The notes: a model not told the origin generated them from the letters alone. Shown: positions 49,433-60,390, counted from the first letter of the stretch. The stretch is DNA of 64,000 bases from an uncultured candidate division Zixibacteria bacterium (GCA_963702205.1 OY969724.1:2688001-2752000), one strand, 5' to 3'. Made by a program: numbers and translations.

Positions 49433-50750
49433 GCGCGTGTAAATATTTTTGTGTAAGTGGCCATGACGTATATATAGTTGAAGGAGGTATATCATGGCCA
49501 AGAAACGTGACGAAGCTGACAAACTGATCGACGAGATGATCGCCGGCAAGACGCCGGAAGAGATAGTGGGTGAGGGCGGTCTTCTGCAGGCGCTCACGAA
49601 ACGGGTGTATGAGCGCGCCCTCGCAGGTGAGATGACGCATCACTTGGGCTATCCGCCCAATGCTCCCGAAGGCAAAAACAGCGGCAACTCTCGCAACGGC
49701 AAAACCAGCAAGACGGTCAAGACCGGGTCGGCAGATGTTACGCTGGAGATTCCGCGGGACCGGAACGGCGAGTTCGAGCCGCAGTTGGTTAAAAAGCACC
49801 AGCGGCGCCTGCCCGGTTTCGACGACAAGGTGTTGGCGCTGTACGCTCGGGGTTTGACGACGCGGGATATCCAGGGTCATCTTGAGGAGATGTACCAGTC
49901 GGAGGTTTCCCCGGCCTTGATTTCGGCGGTGACGGACGCCGTGCTTCAGGAGGTGACGGTGTGGCAGAGTCGGCCGCTGGAGGCGGTCTACCCGATCGTC
50001 TATCTGGACGCCATCCACCTGAAGCTTCGTCAGAGCGGCCAGGTCAAAAACCAGGCGGTCTATTTGGCCTTGGGGATCACGCCGGAGGGTTACAAGGAAC
50101 TCTTGGGTTTGTGGGTCGGCGATCAGGAGGGTTCGAAGTTCTGGCTGTCGGTGCTGACGGAGCTTAAGAACCGGGGCGTTCGGGACATCCTGATTGCCTG
50201 TGTCGATGGTCTGACGGGGTTCCCTGATGCGATTGAGACGGCCTTTCCGCAGACCCAGGTGCAGTTATGTCTCGTGCACATGGTGCGCAACTCGCTGAAG
50301 TATGTCGGTTGGAAAGAGCGCAAGGCGGTCGCGGCCGATCTCAAGACGATCTACTCGGCGCCCAACGAAGAAGCCGCCGAGCAGGCCCTGACGGCGTTCG
50401 AGGCCACATACCGGGACCGTTTCCCGCAGATCGCCCGCTCATGGCGGTCCTGCTGGATGAACATCATCCCGTTTTTTAGCTACCCCAAAGAGATTCGAAA
50501 GGTTATCTATACGACCAACGCCATCGAGTCGATGAATGCTCAGTTGCGCAAGGTGACGCGGAATCGCGGCTCGTTCCCGACGGTGGAATCAGTCAGAAAG
50601 GTGATCTACCTGGCGATACAAAGAATCTCGAAAAAATGGAAGCGTCCGATCAAGGACTGGGTGGCGGCCCTTAATCACTTCTGCATCGTCTTCGAGGGAA
50701 GGATCGAAAACACATGAACCGGCCGCTTACACAAAATTCCGTACACTCCC
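49433..50750 (+). mobile_element. IS256 family insertion sequence (1318 bp)
   Basis: Imperfect TIRs (...TTTTGTGTAAGTGGCC / GGCCGCTTACACAAAA...), 8-bp target duplication TCTTATTT at 49425-49432 and 50751-50758. Confidence 0.95.
49494..50717 (+). CDS. IS256 family (Mutator-type) transposase
   Basis: PRDRNGEFEP, YLDAI, VDGLTG, QLCLVH, YTTNAIES. Confidence 0.96.
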   Translation: MAKKRDEADKLIDEMIAGKTPEEIVGEGGLLQALTKRVYERALAGEMTHHLGYPPNAPEGKNSGNSRNGKTSKTVKTGSADVTLEIPRDRNGEFEPQLVKKHQRRLPGFDDKVLALYARGLTTRDIQGHLEEMYQSEVSPALISAVTDAVLQEVTVWQSRPLEAVYPIVYLDAIHLKLRQSGQVKNQAVYLALGITPEGYKELLGLWVGDQEGSKFWLSVLTELKNRGVRDILIACVDGLTGFPDAIETAFPQTQVQLCLVHMVRNSLKYVGWKERKAVAADLKTIYSAPNEEAAEQALTAFEATYRDRFPQIARSWRSCWMNIIPFFSYPKEIRKVIYTTNAIESMNAQLRKVTRNRGSFPTVESVRKVIYLAIQRISKKWKRPIKDWVAALNHFCIVFEGRIENT

Positions 50751-51259
50751 TCTTATTTTCATTCTCAACTTGTTCGCGAACGAATTTCTGTTGAGCATCG
50801 GATAAGTGATTAGAATAAAAGTAGTTAATTGAAGCTGCAATAAACGCAAGGACTAATGGATATATTAGAGCAAACCACTTTGTATTTTGAAATCCTGTTT
50901 TATCAAATTTCGTGCTATAATCAATATTTGAATCCATTTTATTTAACCAAATTCCGGCTTTTGCGTGCCATTCAGAGGATACAAGATATTTTTGGGCATC
51001 GTCTTGAGTATTTTCAAACTTATCGCTTAAATCTCTGATTTCAATAATTATGCCATAAAGCTCATCATAAATTCCAAACGCATCCATGGTTAAGCGCATT
51101 GCTTCCTCAATCCAAGCATTTCTAACTGATAGTTCACCCATTACATTTGATGCGAACTCTAATTCAAACTTGTACCTTAGCCCCTCAATCTTCTCTTTGG
51201 CTTCCTTTTTTTTCACTTATCGCCCTCCTTTTCTTTATTAACATCCAATTTGGTTGCTT

Positions 51260-52639
51260 TTACACTTTCACTTCCAGCCATTGGCCGCGGCGGTAGTACC
51301 ATAGAAAGACCAGAGCCGAGACCGCCGTTGCGGCGCTCAGGCTCCACCACACCGCGTTCTGGTCGAAATTCAGAATCTGAGTGAGAATATAAATCGACGG
51401 TATCTCCAGCAGCCACGAATGCCCGATCGAGACAACCATCGCCGGAGTGTTGAGTCCGACACCGGTATATATCTGCTCCAGCATGATGAAAATCCCGACA
51501 AACGGCATGCCCACCGCCAGAATACGGAGCAGCATTACTCCGTAGTGCACCGTCTCGGGGCTTTCGAAATACAGGCGCATAATTATCCTTGCCCCGAAAA
51601 AGATGATCAGCCCACAGGCTATCATAATGCCGACTGACAGAAGTACCGCCTGATCCCCGGTCTTTTTCGCCCGGTCTTTTTTCATACTGCCCAGGTTGTG
51701 ACCAATCAGCGAGGCCAATCCGAGACCGATGCCGACCAGAATCATGATGCCCAGTGCAGAAATCTGCGACCCGACCCCGTACGCCGCCACCACCGAATTT
51801 CCGAACATGGCAATCATCGGCATCACCAGCAGCCGCCCGCCGGAAAAGGACATTGATGAAATCCACGACGGAATCCCGATCTTGAGCAATCGATAAGCAG
51901 AGCCGACCGATACCGGCACGCTGCCTCTGAAGTGCAATTTGACATTGGTCGCGCCGCCGTACAAGAGACCCAACCCCACCATGAACGCCAGCGAGTAAGA
52001 AATAACCGAGGCCACGGCCGCACCGACCACGCCCATTTTCGGAAAGCCGAGATAGCCGAAAATAAACAGCGGATCGAGAATGACATTCAAGATAGTCGAG
52101 CCGAGCATGATTGACATAGCCATATTTGGATTGGCCGTGCCGCGCATAGCGGTATAGACGGAAAAGGCACTGTATGATACGCCCATACCGAGAAACATAA
52201 CTCGGCCGTACTCCGCCCCCAGTTCGATAGCCTCACCCCTCGCTCCGGCCAGATAGAGAATATCTTTGATAAAGATAAAACCGAGAATTCCAAAGGTCAG
52301 ACCAAAAGCCCATTTGAGCAGAAATGTCTCTTTTATGGCCGTCTCGGCGCGGTCGTAATCCTTTTCGCCGTAGCGCCGCGATATGATAGCCACCGACCCC
52401 GGACCGACCAGCTGGTTGAACGAAAAGAAAAACCAAAGGATATTCGAGAAAATGGTCACCGCTGCGACCGCCGTCTCGCGCTCGGGCAGCTTGGCCAGCC
52501 AGTACATATCGGCCAGCGAATACAGCTGGCCGGAGAGAAAACCGATCATCGACGGCAGCCCCATCTTGACGATGGAGCCGATTATCGAGCCTTCGGTGAA
52601 GTCTGTCTTCGCCTTTTTTGCTGCTGCTATATCAGTCAT
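51260..52639 (-). CDS. MATE family efflux transporter
   Basis: About 12 TM; NVILDPLFIFG, GVVGAAVAS, GHNLGS. Confidence 0.92.
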   Translation of the reverse strand: MTDIAAAKKAKTDFTEGSIIGSIVKMGLPSMIGFLSGQLYSLADMYWLAKLPERETAVAAVTIFSNILWFFFSFNQLVGPGSVAIISRRYGEKDYDRAETAIKETFLLKWAFGLTFGILGFIFIKDILYLAGARGEAIELGAEYGRVMFLGMGVSYSAFSVYTAMRGTANPNMAMSIMLGSTILNVILDPLFIFGYLGFPKMGVVGAAVASVISYSLAFMVGLGLLYGGATNVKLHFRGSVPVSVGSAYRLLKIGIPSWISSMSFSGGRLLVMPMIAMFGNSVVAAYGVGSQISALGIMILVGIGLGLASLIGHNLGSMKKDRAKKTGDQAVLLSVGIMIACGLIIFFGARIIMRLYFESPETVHYGVMLLRILAVGMPFVGIFIMLEQIYTGVGLNTPAMVVSIGHSWLLEIPSIYILTQILNFDQNAVWWSLSAATAVSALVFLWYYRRGQWLEVKV

Positions 52640-52734
52640 AAAAATCTCGCGCCAATATAGGTCAATTAGGCGCGATCAACAATCACAATGTACGGGGGTA
52701 TATACGAATTAGCTTTGCGGACGGTTCAACGAGA

Positions 52735-54624
52735 TCAGTCGTCTTTGGCGAAGTTTTTCAGAAATTTCTCGATACCTTTGCAGATTCCTTTGGCGACTTT
52801 TTGGGGATATTGGTTGCCTTTGAGCATCGCTTCCTGTTCTGGTAGCATCATGAAGGCGCACTCGATCAGAATCGCCGGGTATTGCGTCGGCCGGTCGACC
52901 GCGAGGTTGCCGTAATATAAGCCATAATCCGGCATCTTGGTTTCGCGGAGAAGCTCTTCCTGAACGCATCGGGCCAGCTGTAACGAATGCGGGTGATAGT
53001 AATAGGTCGAGACGCCGTTATTGACAAACGGATTGATCCCGTCCGGCAGGGCGTTGTTATGAATCGAGATAAACAGGTCGGCCTTGTTCGACACGGCAAT
53101 TTGCGGGCGGTCATACAGCGGAAGCGGCGACATATCCGAGCGGGTCATGATAACTTTGGCGCCCTTGTGTTCGAGCTGCTTTTTCAATTCGAGCGCGATT
53201 TTGAGGTTGGCCTCAGATTCTTTAAGTCCGGTCGGACCGATCGCGCCGGCGTCGGGTGAATGTCCCGGATCGATCACTATTACTCTATTCTTAATGTTAT
53301 CAATGCCTTGCGGCGTATTTATGATGTTCCACTTTAATATGTTTCCAGTATAGAAAACGTCGTACCCCCAGATCGGCTGGGCGAATTGGAGGTGCAGTTT
53401 ATACAGCCCCAGTTCCGGCTGACTCCAGTCGGCCTGCACCAGGTTTTTATTGGAAAAATCATAACGTATCCAGTCGGTATCCGAAGTCACCCCGAAAAGA
53501 TACAGGCTGACTTCATCGGGAGCCTCTTCCTCGACCCGAAACGGGTGTCGACCGGACAGCGGAATCTCAAAATTCAAACTTCGGTCCGTGTTTATGGCCC
53601 GAATTGCCTTAACATACGATTCCAGCGGCGGCAAAGCGGGATCGAGAAATCTGATCGAATTGACGTTGACCCACCCGGTTTGGTCATCTGTCAGCTTCAG
53701 GCGCACCCAATCACCTTCCCGACCGACCGCCAGTGCCTGCACACCCCGAGGCTGGAATATCGAAAGATATCCCTTCTGCGGCCCGACCCTCATGATTTGA
53801 ACCGAGTCGGTAAATTCCACCATGCAGGGATATCCGGGAGGATTGATCCGAAGGAAAATATTTGAGCTGTCGGTCCGGGAGATTTGGCCGAGTTTTAAAA
53901 GCTCCAGCGATTGATAATCAAATGAAGTGGTTGACTGGTTTTCTATCCTATTGACAATATCGCCAATGCCCGGTGTTTTGATATGATAGTACACCCTGAC
54001 CGAATCTTCGATTGATGTATTGTCGACCGTCGTGTATCCCTGATAATAGCCCCGAATCTTCATAGAATCCGGTACCGCGCCGGCCCCGAAAACGGTCTCG
54101 CCCCAGAACGGCTGTAGTCGCGGCGGCATTTCCGCCATCGGGACCGAATCGACCAGTCCCGGAACATAGAAATATGCGATACATCCGGGAGTCCCCTGAA
54201 ATTGGATTTTCAGCAGGTCATCTTTTAAGAGTACCAAATTCCCCATGTAATCGTTGCGATCTATTAATGTCAGTGAATCGTAGGGCAAAGAATATTTCGG
54301 CGACGGCACCTGCACCGGCCAGATTAGATTTGCAGTGTCACCGTCGAGAGCAGCCTGTATATTAAAATCAAAACTCCCCGGCTCAATCGGCAGGAACGCC
54401 AAAAATCCACCGTCGGGGTGTACGGCGACATTCGACCCATTTATTGATAAATCTGCATCCGGCGTTACAGAACCGAAAATAAAAGTCGAGTCGACCGCGC
54501 CGACAACGGCATCACGCCTGGGCCAGACTATTTTTATTTTCGGCGGTCCGGCAAGTACCGCTGCGCCATAAAGCGCCAATAATATTAAGGCAGCCATACT
54601 TATTAACTTAACTCTCAATTTCAT
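52735..54624 (-). CDS. N-acetylmuramoyl-L-alanine amidase (Amidase_3)
   Basis: IDPGH, ESEANL, FISIHNNA, ILIEC; signal peptide. Confidence 0.92.
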   Translation of the reverse strand: MKLRVKLISMAALILLALYGAAVLAGPPKIKIVWPRRDAVVGAVDSTFIFGSVTPDADLSINGSNVAVHPDGGFLAFLPIEPGSFDFNIQAALDGDTANLIWPVQVPSPKYSLPYDSLTLIDRNDYMGNLVLLKDDLLKIQFQGTPGCIAYFYVPGLVDSVPMAEMPPRLQPFWGETVFGAGAVPDSMKIRGYYQGYTTVDNTSIEDSVRVYYHIKTPGIGDIVNRIENQSTTSFDYQSLELLKLGQISRTDSSNIFLRINPPGYPCMVEFTDSVQIMRVGPQKGYLSIFQPRGVQALAVGREGDWVRLKLTDDQTGWVNVNSIRFLDPALPPLESYVKAIRAINTDRSLNFEIPLSGRHPFRVEEEAPDEVSLYLFGVTSDTDWIRYDFSNKNLVQADWSQPELGLYKLHLQFAQPIWGYDVFYTGNILKWNIINTPQGIDNIKNRVIVIDPGHSPDAGAIGPTGLKESEANLKIALELKKQLEHKGAKVIMTRSDMSPLPLYDRPQIAVSNKADLFISIHNNALPDGINPFVNNGVSTYYYHPHSLQLARCVQEELLRETKMPDYGLYYGNLAVDRPTQYPAILIECAFMMLPEQEAMLKGNQYPQKVAKGICKGIEKFLKNFAKDD

Positions 54625-55637
54625 GTTCTCGAATAAATTCTTTCTTTAGCTTGGGGCCGCCGATAATATTCTCATCGACATTAATCGCTTCATTTTTATA
54701 TATCAATCCATCGGCCGGATCGTGCTTAATCAACAGCGGCCCGTCGAGGTCGAAATAGTCTCCCAAAAACCCGAGGTAAACAGACTGAGCAACCGCGACC
54801 GATGATTCCACCATACACCCGAACATAACTTTGCGGCCGTCCTTTCTGGCTCGCCGTGCGATTTTAATAGCTTCCATTACTCCGCCCGATTTAGCCATTT
54901 TGATATTAACTCCATCGACAAATTCGCAATACCGCTCATAATCTGTAGTCGTGAGCAGGCCTTCATCGACCATAAGGCAGGTCTTTTTCCTTCCCTTTAT
55001 TTGGGGCCACTCCTCTATATATTCCACTCCGGTCGGTTGTTCGATTATTTCTACGTTCAGACGGCTCAATTCATGAACCATTCTTTCGGCTTTTTCCGGC
55101 TCCCAGGCGCCGTTGGCGTCGACGCGAAACACTTTATTCGGTGATAGCTTTATTGCCTGGACTATATCGTCATCGTAATCGGAACCCATTTTCAATTTTA
55201 TTATCGGGTATGGTGACATTTTAATGTGCGCAAGTGTAATATCTTGGTCATCGATACTGACCGTGTACGACGTCCTGATTTTATCGGGCGGGTCGACACC
55301 CAGCACCTGCCACGGATATTGTTTTTTCTCGCCGGATACTTTGTGCAAAACCGATGTCACCACGCCGGCTTTGGTCACGGGATTAATATTTAACGCATTG
55401 ATTTCGTTTAAGTGTACTAACATCGGTAGATTTCAAAGTTTTAAGAAATTCTATGGCTATATCGAGATCACGCAGGATTTCATCTTCTTTCGGCCCATAT
55501 ATGATCGAGCCGGAACATTCCCCGACGTATTTTTCGTCCAGTAACATGAAATGATTGGTCTTTTCGGCCACGGCTGCTTTTGACGTCCGGAAAATGCCTT
55601 TGACCTCAAGCTTTATTGGAAAATAACGGGCTTTTAT
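54608..55637 (-). pseudogene. L-Ala-D/L-Glu epimerase-like (enolase superfamily) gene, frameshifted near 55407, ATA at the expected start
   Basis: C-part has KLKMG, VDANG, IEQP, DE, NIKMAKSGG, DLDG; the N-terminal part (KARYFPIKLEVKGIFRTSK...VGE) lies in another frame. Confidence 0.75.
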
Positions 55638-56428
55638 TTTAGTATCCTCCGGGCCGTCAGGAATGACTCATAAAGGTCTTTTCTGAAACAATCTCTATCG
55701 GGTTCAAATGTATTGATCGCCACCCCGCCTTCGGCCAGCGAGGAATGTATGACCCTGAATCTATCTATTGCAATCGCCACGTGGCCGGGGAAAAACAGCA
55801 GGTCACCAGCCTGCAAATCATCTCTTGAAATTTCTCTGCCGGATTTGATCTGATCTTTGCTGTCGCGCGGGAGCATCGCCCCAAATCTTTTATAAATGCT
55901 GTACACCAGACCTGAGCAGTCAATCCCGAATGGTGTAATGCCGCCCCATAAGTACGGCACGCCGATAAAGCGACGGGCCTCCGATACTATCATTTTCCCC
56001 GTTAATTTCCCCGCTTGCTTATCATTCACTTTTTGAAGTGCCGATGACGACACACGAAAAGAACCTTGTCCAAAGGTTTTTACTGTGCTATGGCGGTGAC
56101 TGACGCCGCGCACGGATACTTCTGTCCCGTAAAATAGGAACGGCGGGATATGGTTGTCCCGGGTGCTTTTTGTTTTTACCGTCAAAGCGGCAACTGTTTC
56201 ATTTAATGATCGAGAATATTTCATCCATTCGGTTTTCTTAAGCGTCTGTACCGCCCTGACGTCCACCCAGCCGGTATAGCCGTCATTTTGCAGGACTTTT
56301 AAATAACCCCTGCGGCCGCTTGAGATTTTCACCGGTTCATTGAACAGAAGCTGACTCTTACGCTCGGAGCGGAATTTAGGCTCGGCGCGAAGATCTGCGA
56401 CATTTCTTATTATCAGACCATATTCCAT
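55634..56428 (-). CDS. SH3 + NlpC/P60 peptidase (YkfC-like)
   Basis: SQLLFNE, DGYTGWV, PYLWGG, GIDCSG, GDLLFF, GHV. Confidence 0.92.
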   Translation of the reverse strand: MEYGLIIRNVADLRAEPKFRSERKSQLLFNEPVKISSGRRGYLKVLQNDGYTGWVDVRAVQTLKKTEWMKYSRSLNETVAALTVKTKSTRDNHIPPFLFYGTEVSVRGVSHRHSTVKTFGQGSFRVSSSALQKVNDKQAGKLTGKMIVSEARRFIGVPYLWGGITPFGIDCSGLVYSIYKRFGAMLPRDSKDQIKSGREISRDDLQAGDLLFFPGHVAIAIDRFRVIHSSLAEGGVAINTFEPDRDCFRKDLYESFLTARRILK

Positions 56429-56464
56429 AACGATAAATTAAAGGGCACACTATATTTACTCAAC

Positions 56465-56495
56465 AAAAAAAGCCGGGCGCAAAAGCCGCCCGGCT
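56465..56495 (-). terminator. intrinsic terminator
   Basis: agccgggcg...cgcccggct stem with an A-run on the + strand. Confidence 0.75.
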
Positions 56496-56516
56496 CCGGT
56501 ATCGAAAACCTTGTAT

Positions 56517-57680
56517 TTAAAGCTTTGAAACGGCCTCTTTGACCCGTCCGAGCGCTTTGTTGATGTTCTCAATCGAGTTGGCGTAGGAGAAACGAAGATA
56601 TCCTTCACCGAATTTGCCGAACGACGTGCCGGCCAACGCCGCCACGCTGTAATTTTCGAGAAGATAGACTTCCATCTCTTTCGATGTCTTCCCGAACTTC
56701 TTAATATTCGGAAAAACGTAGAAAGCACCCAGCGGTCTTTTGCAGGTTATGCCGTCGATAGCATTCAAACCGTCGACGATCACGTCGCGGCGTTTGTTGA
56801 ATTCCTGAACCATTTTATTGGCGTCATCCTGCGGGCCGGTGATCGCCTCTTTAATGGCCATCTGCGAAAAGGCCGACGTACACGAATTGCAGTTGGTCAC
56901 CAGCCGCGTCACGTGCCCGGCGAGGGTTTCGTTCATGACTCCATAGCCCAGCCGCCAGCCCGTCATGGCATAGGTCTTGGACATGCCGTCGAGAATAATC
57001 GTCCTTTCCGGCATACCGTCGAACTGCGTCACCGACTCGAATTTGGTGCCGTAGAGAATCCGCGAATAGATTTCATCCGACAAAACCCAGAGGTCGTGAT
57101 CGTTGGCGATGCGGGCGATCTGCGCCAGATCATCGTGCGTCAAGACACCGCCGGTCGGGTTTTGAGGTGAATTGATAATCAACAGCTTCGTCCTCGGCGT
57201 CACCAGCTTTTCCAGCTCTTTGACATCTAGACGGAAATCGTTTTCTTCGCGAAGTGCGATCGGCACTGCTTTGGCCCCGATATAATTGATCAATGATTCA
57301 TAAATCGGAAAGCCGGGGTTGGGATAAATAACTTCGTCGCCTTCGTCCACCAGCGCGAACAAAGTATAAAACATGACCGGTTTGCCGCCCGGTACGATGA
57401 CGACGTTATTGATCCCGGTTTTCAGACCGCGTGTCTTGTTGATTTCATTGGCGATAACCTCGCGGACTTCCGGGTATCCTGCAGCCGGGTTATAATGCGT
57501 ATAACCGTCGCGAAGGGCCTTAATGGCTGCTTCGCTTATATTCGACGGCGTATCGAAATCGGGCTCGCCGATTTCCAGATGCACGACGTCCTTGCCCTGG
57601 CCCTCGAGTTGACGGGCGCGCAGAAGGACCTCGAACGCGGTTTCTGTCCCCAGCCGTTTCATTCTTTCGGCGAATTTCAT
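56517..57680 (-). CDS. PLP-dependent aminotransferase class I/II
   Basis: LEIGEPDF, NSPQNPTG, SDEIY, SKTYAMTGWRLG. Confidence 0.93.
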   Translation of the reverse strand: MKFAERMKRLGTETAFEVLLRARQLEGQGKDVVHLEIGEPDFDTPSNISEAAIKALRDGYTHYNPAAGYPEVREVIANEINKTRGLKTGINNVVIVPGGKPVMFYTLFALVDEGDEVIYPNPGFPIYESLINYIGAKAVPIALREENDFRLDVKELEKLVTPRTKLLIINSPQNPTGGVLTHDDLAQIARIANDHDLWVLSDEIYSRILYGTKFESVTQFDGMPERTIILDGMSKTYAMTGWRLGYGVMNETLAGHVTRLVTNCNSCTSAFSQMAIKEAITGPQDDANKMVQEFNKRRDVIVDGLNAIDGITCKRPLGAFYVFPNIKKFGKTSKEMEVYLLENYSVAALAGTSFGKFGEGYLRFSYANSIENINKALGRVKEAVSKL

Positions 57681-57716
57681 ATCTGCACCTGAATTCTATA
57701 TTCGTAAAAATTCGTT

Positions 57717-59726
57717 TTATTTCAATTTCAACAGCTTGCGGGCGGCGTCGGCGATGTATTCGGCGCTGACGCCGAATTCCTTGACCAACTGCCACGGCAG
57801 TCCGGATTCTCCGAACCGATTCTGCACACCGATCATATCGAACGCCGTCACTTTGCCCGACGCCGCAGCGTCTTTCATAATAACCGCGGCGATCTGATTG
57901 CCCAGCCCGCCGACCTGATGTTCCTCGGCCGTAATCACGGCTCCGGTCTCGCGGGCGGCACGCACTATGGCCTCTTTATCCATCGGCTTAACCGTATGTA
58001 AATTAATTACGCGCGTTTCGACGTTATAATCGGTTTTTAGAATCCAGGCGGCACGTAACGCTTCGGCGCATTCCGGCCCGCAACTGATAATACTCATATC
58101 CTCGTTTTCGTTCTTATAATCCGTCGACAATTTGACATCGAAAGAATCTTTGAACTGCGGCTTTTCACCCCGGAAACGATAAACATTGGCAACGCCAAAC
58201 TTGAACGGCGTCTTATCGTCGGTGATAATCGGCGTTGCTTCACGGGCGAAGCGGATGTATTTCGGCCCGACCACGTCGAACAGAAGCGAGTGAGTCATGC
58301 GTTTGGTTTCAACCGAGTCAATCGGCGAGGCAACATGCATGTTGGGCAGGCCGCAAATCTGGAACAGGGATTCCAGTTCCTGATGGGTCGCCCCGTCCGG
58401 CCCGACAGAAATTCCACCGTGCGCGCCGACAATGAGGACATTGAAATCACCGTAACAGACGGAAACCCGAAGCTGGTCGAGATTGCGGGCCGACGCAAAG
58501 ACACCATAGGTCCCGAACACGGGGATCTTGCCTTCTTTGGCCAGGCCGGCGGCCACCGTCGTCCCACCCTGTTCGGCGACACCGACCGATATCCAGCGGT
58601 TCAGTCGTTCCGGGTGTTTCTCGTAAAACTGCGAAATAGTAATCGAGCCGGAAATGTCGGCTCCGATACAGACAATTCGTTCGTCATCGCCGTACTCATC
58701 GAGCGCCCGGCCCAAACCCTTACGGGTCGGGTCCATATCGACCTTCATGGTCTCCCGGTGATTCCACCAGAAATCGCCGGAGAATTTCGGCAGTTTGTCG
58801 GCCAGTCTTTTTTCGACTTTCTCCTGATGATCCGTCCCGACTTTGAAAAAAGTATCCAAATCATACGTTTTGGACAGACCCAGTTCTTCCAGGGCCTTGG
58901 CCATTTCGTCTTTATTCGGTGGCTTACCGTGCCAGCCCACCACGTTTTCCATAAAGCTGACGCCTTTGCCCTTGACCGTGTTGGCGACAATCATGGTCGG
59001 CTTGTTTTTGGAAGCACAAGCCTTGTTCAGGGCATCCAGAATCTCTTCGACCTTGTGTCCGTCGATTTCGATGACATCCCAGCCGAATGCTTTGTACTTA
59101 TCAATCAGCGGCTCCAGAGCCTGCACGTCCTTGGTTTTGCCGTCGATCTGCAGACGGTTACGGTCGAGAATAGCGATAAGGTTGTTGAGTTTAAAATTTC
59201 CGGCTTCCATATAGGCTTCCCACATGGAGCCTTCCTGCTGTTCACCATCGGACGTAATCACAAAAACCCGGTGGTCCTTTTTATCGAGTTTGGCGGCTAA
59301 GGCGATACCGACCGCCACCGACATACCCTGACCCAATGATCCCGATGAAATCTCGACACCGCCCAGGTCCTTGCGATGAGGGTGGCCCTGGAACGGTCCG
59401 CCGAGCATTCTGAGTTTGGCCAGTTCGTTTTCAGGGAAATACCCCGAAATCGCCAGAGAAACATAGAGCGCCGGGGCCTTGTGTCCGGCCGACCAGATGA
59501 TTCGGTCGCGGCCATCCCAGTCAGGATTTTTGGGATCGTGTTTGGCAACCTTGAGGTACAATGTTGATAGGATGTCCATCATCGACAGGGTTCCGCCCGA
59601 GTGGCCGGATTTGCCCGAACACAAAGAAATCATGTCCAGGCCGCGCATGTAGTTGGCGCGTTCTTTAAGTTCTTCTATGGTAAAATCTTTAATTACTTTA
59701 CCGGTCCTGGAATCTATCAGGGGCAT
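57717..59726 (-). CDS. tkt: transketolase (single-chain fusion of the two-subunit type)
   Basis: SGHSGG, GSLGQG, SDGEQQEG ThDP motif, GVAEQ, DGATHQ, EEHQ. Confidence 0.9.
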   Translation of the reverse strand: MPLIDSRTGKVIKDFTIEELKERANYMRGLDMISLCSGKSGHSGGTLSMMDILSTLYLKVAKHDPKNPDWDGRDRIIWSAGHKAPALYVSLAISGYFPENELAKLRMLGGPFQGHPHRKDLGGVEISSGSLGQGMSVAVGIALAAKLDKKDHRVFVITSDGEQQEGSMWEAYMEAGNFKLNNLIAILDRNRLQIDGKTKDVQALEPLIDKYKAFGWDVIEIDGHKVEEILDALNKACASKNKPTMIVANTVKGKGVSFMENVVGWHGKPPNKDEMAKALEELGLSKTYDLDTFFKVGTDHQEKVEKRLADKLPKFSGDFWWNHRETMKVDMDPTRKGLGRALDEYGDDERIVCIGADISGSITISQFYEKHPERLNRWISVGVAEQGGTTVAAGLAKEGKIPVFGTYGVFASARNLDQLRVSVCYGDFNVLIVGAHGGISVGPDGATHQELESLFQICGLPNMHVASPIDSVETKRMTHSLLFDVVGPKYIRFAREATPIITDDKTPFKFGVANVYRFRGEKPQFKDSFDVKLSTDYKNENEDMSIISCGPECAEALRAAWILKTDYNVETRVINLHTVKPMDKEAIVRAARETGAVITAEEHQVGGLGNQIAAVIMKDAAASGKVTAFDMIGVQNRFGESGLPWQLVKEFGVSAEYIADAARKLLKLK

Positions 59727-59790
59727 ATAACCTCCGACTCAATAGTTTGTGAATTTTTTAACTTTCCGGGCAAAATATATCGGCTGGCGA

Positions 59791-60390
59791 TTACAATGTC
59801 AACCCATTTCGGGCCAGCCGATTGACGATTCTTTCAACTTTCGGGCGGAGGTCTTTTAGGGTTCCGTTATTCGATATAACCAGATCGGAGGCTTTTCTCA
59901 ATGCTGAATATGACAGTTGAGACTTAAGACGTTCAAGCGCTTCCCCTCTGGAATATCCTTTTTTTATAAGACGGGAAACGAGAATTTCTTTTTTGGCGTG
60001 TACCAGAATTGTCAAATCCACTTTTTTATGCCAGCCCCAATCGACCAGCAAAGCGGCGTCGATTACAACCAGTTTGTATTTACGGTTCGCAGCTTTGGAC
60101 TGCCGGGTCAGTTCCTTTAAAAGATAGGGATGGACGATGGCATTAAGGCGGGCCTTTGATTTTTCGCCGGCGAACGCCAGACAACCCAGGCGTTTTCTTC
60201 TTAGGCGTCCCGATGGTGTCAATATTTCGGGCCCGAATGTCTTTATGAGCCGTTTAAGCACGACCGGATTTTTTTCGACGACGTCTTTGCCGATTTTATC
60301 GGCGGATATAATATGCGCTCCGAATTTCCTGAAGATTGCGGCGACTTCGGATTTCCCCGACCCGATTTGTCCGACAAGGCCGATTAACAT
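59791..60390 (-). CDS. coaE: dephospho-CoA kinase
   Basis: GQIGSGKS P-loop, LNAIVHP, DAALL. Confidence 0.93.
   Translation of the reverse strand: MLIGLVGQIGSGKSEVAAIFRKFGAHIISADKIGKDVVEKNPVVLKRLIKTFGPEILTPSGRLRRKRLGCLAFAGEKSKARLNAIVHPYLLKELTRQSKAANRKYKLVVIDAALLVDWGWHKKVDLTILVHAKKEILVSRLIKKGYSRGEALERLKSQLSYSALRKASDLVISNNGTLKDLRPKVERIVNRLARNGLTL

Larger units (their letters stand above)
49087..51216 (-). pseudogene. low-GC single-TM hypothetical gene (about 267 aa) split by IS256
   Basis: Removing 49433-50750 and one TCTTATTT copy joins ...EQVENENK to IELANIMAEY... in frame. Confidence 0.85.

Noticed and set aside
58290..59300. 336-aa plus-strand ORF
   Set aside because: Antisense to transketolase.
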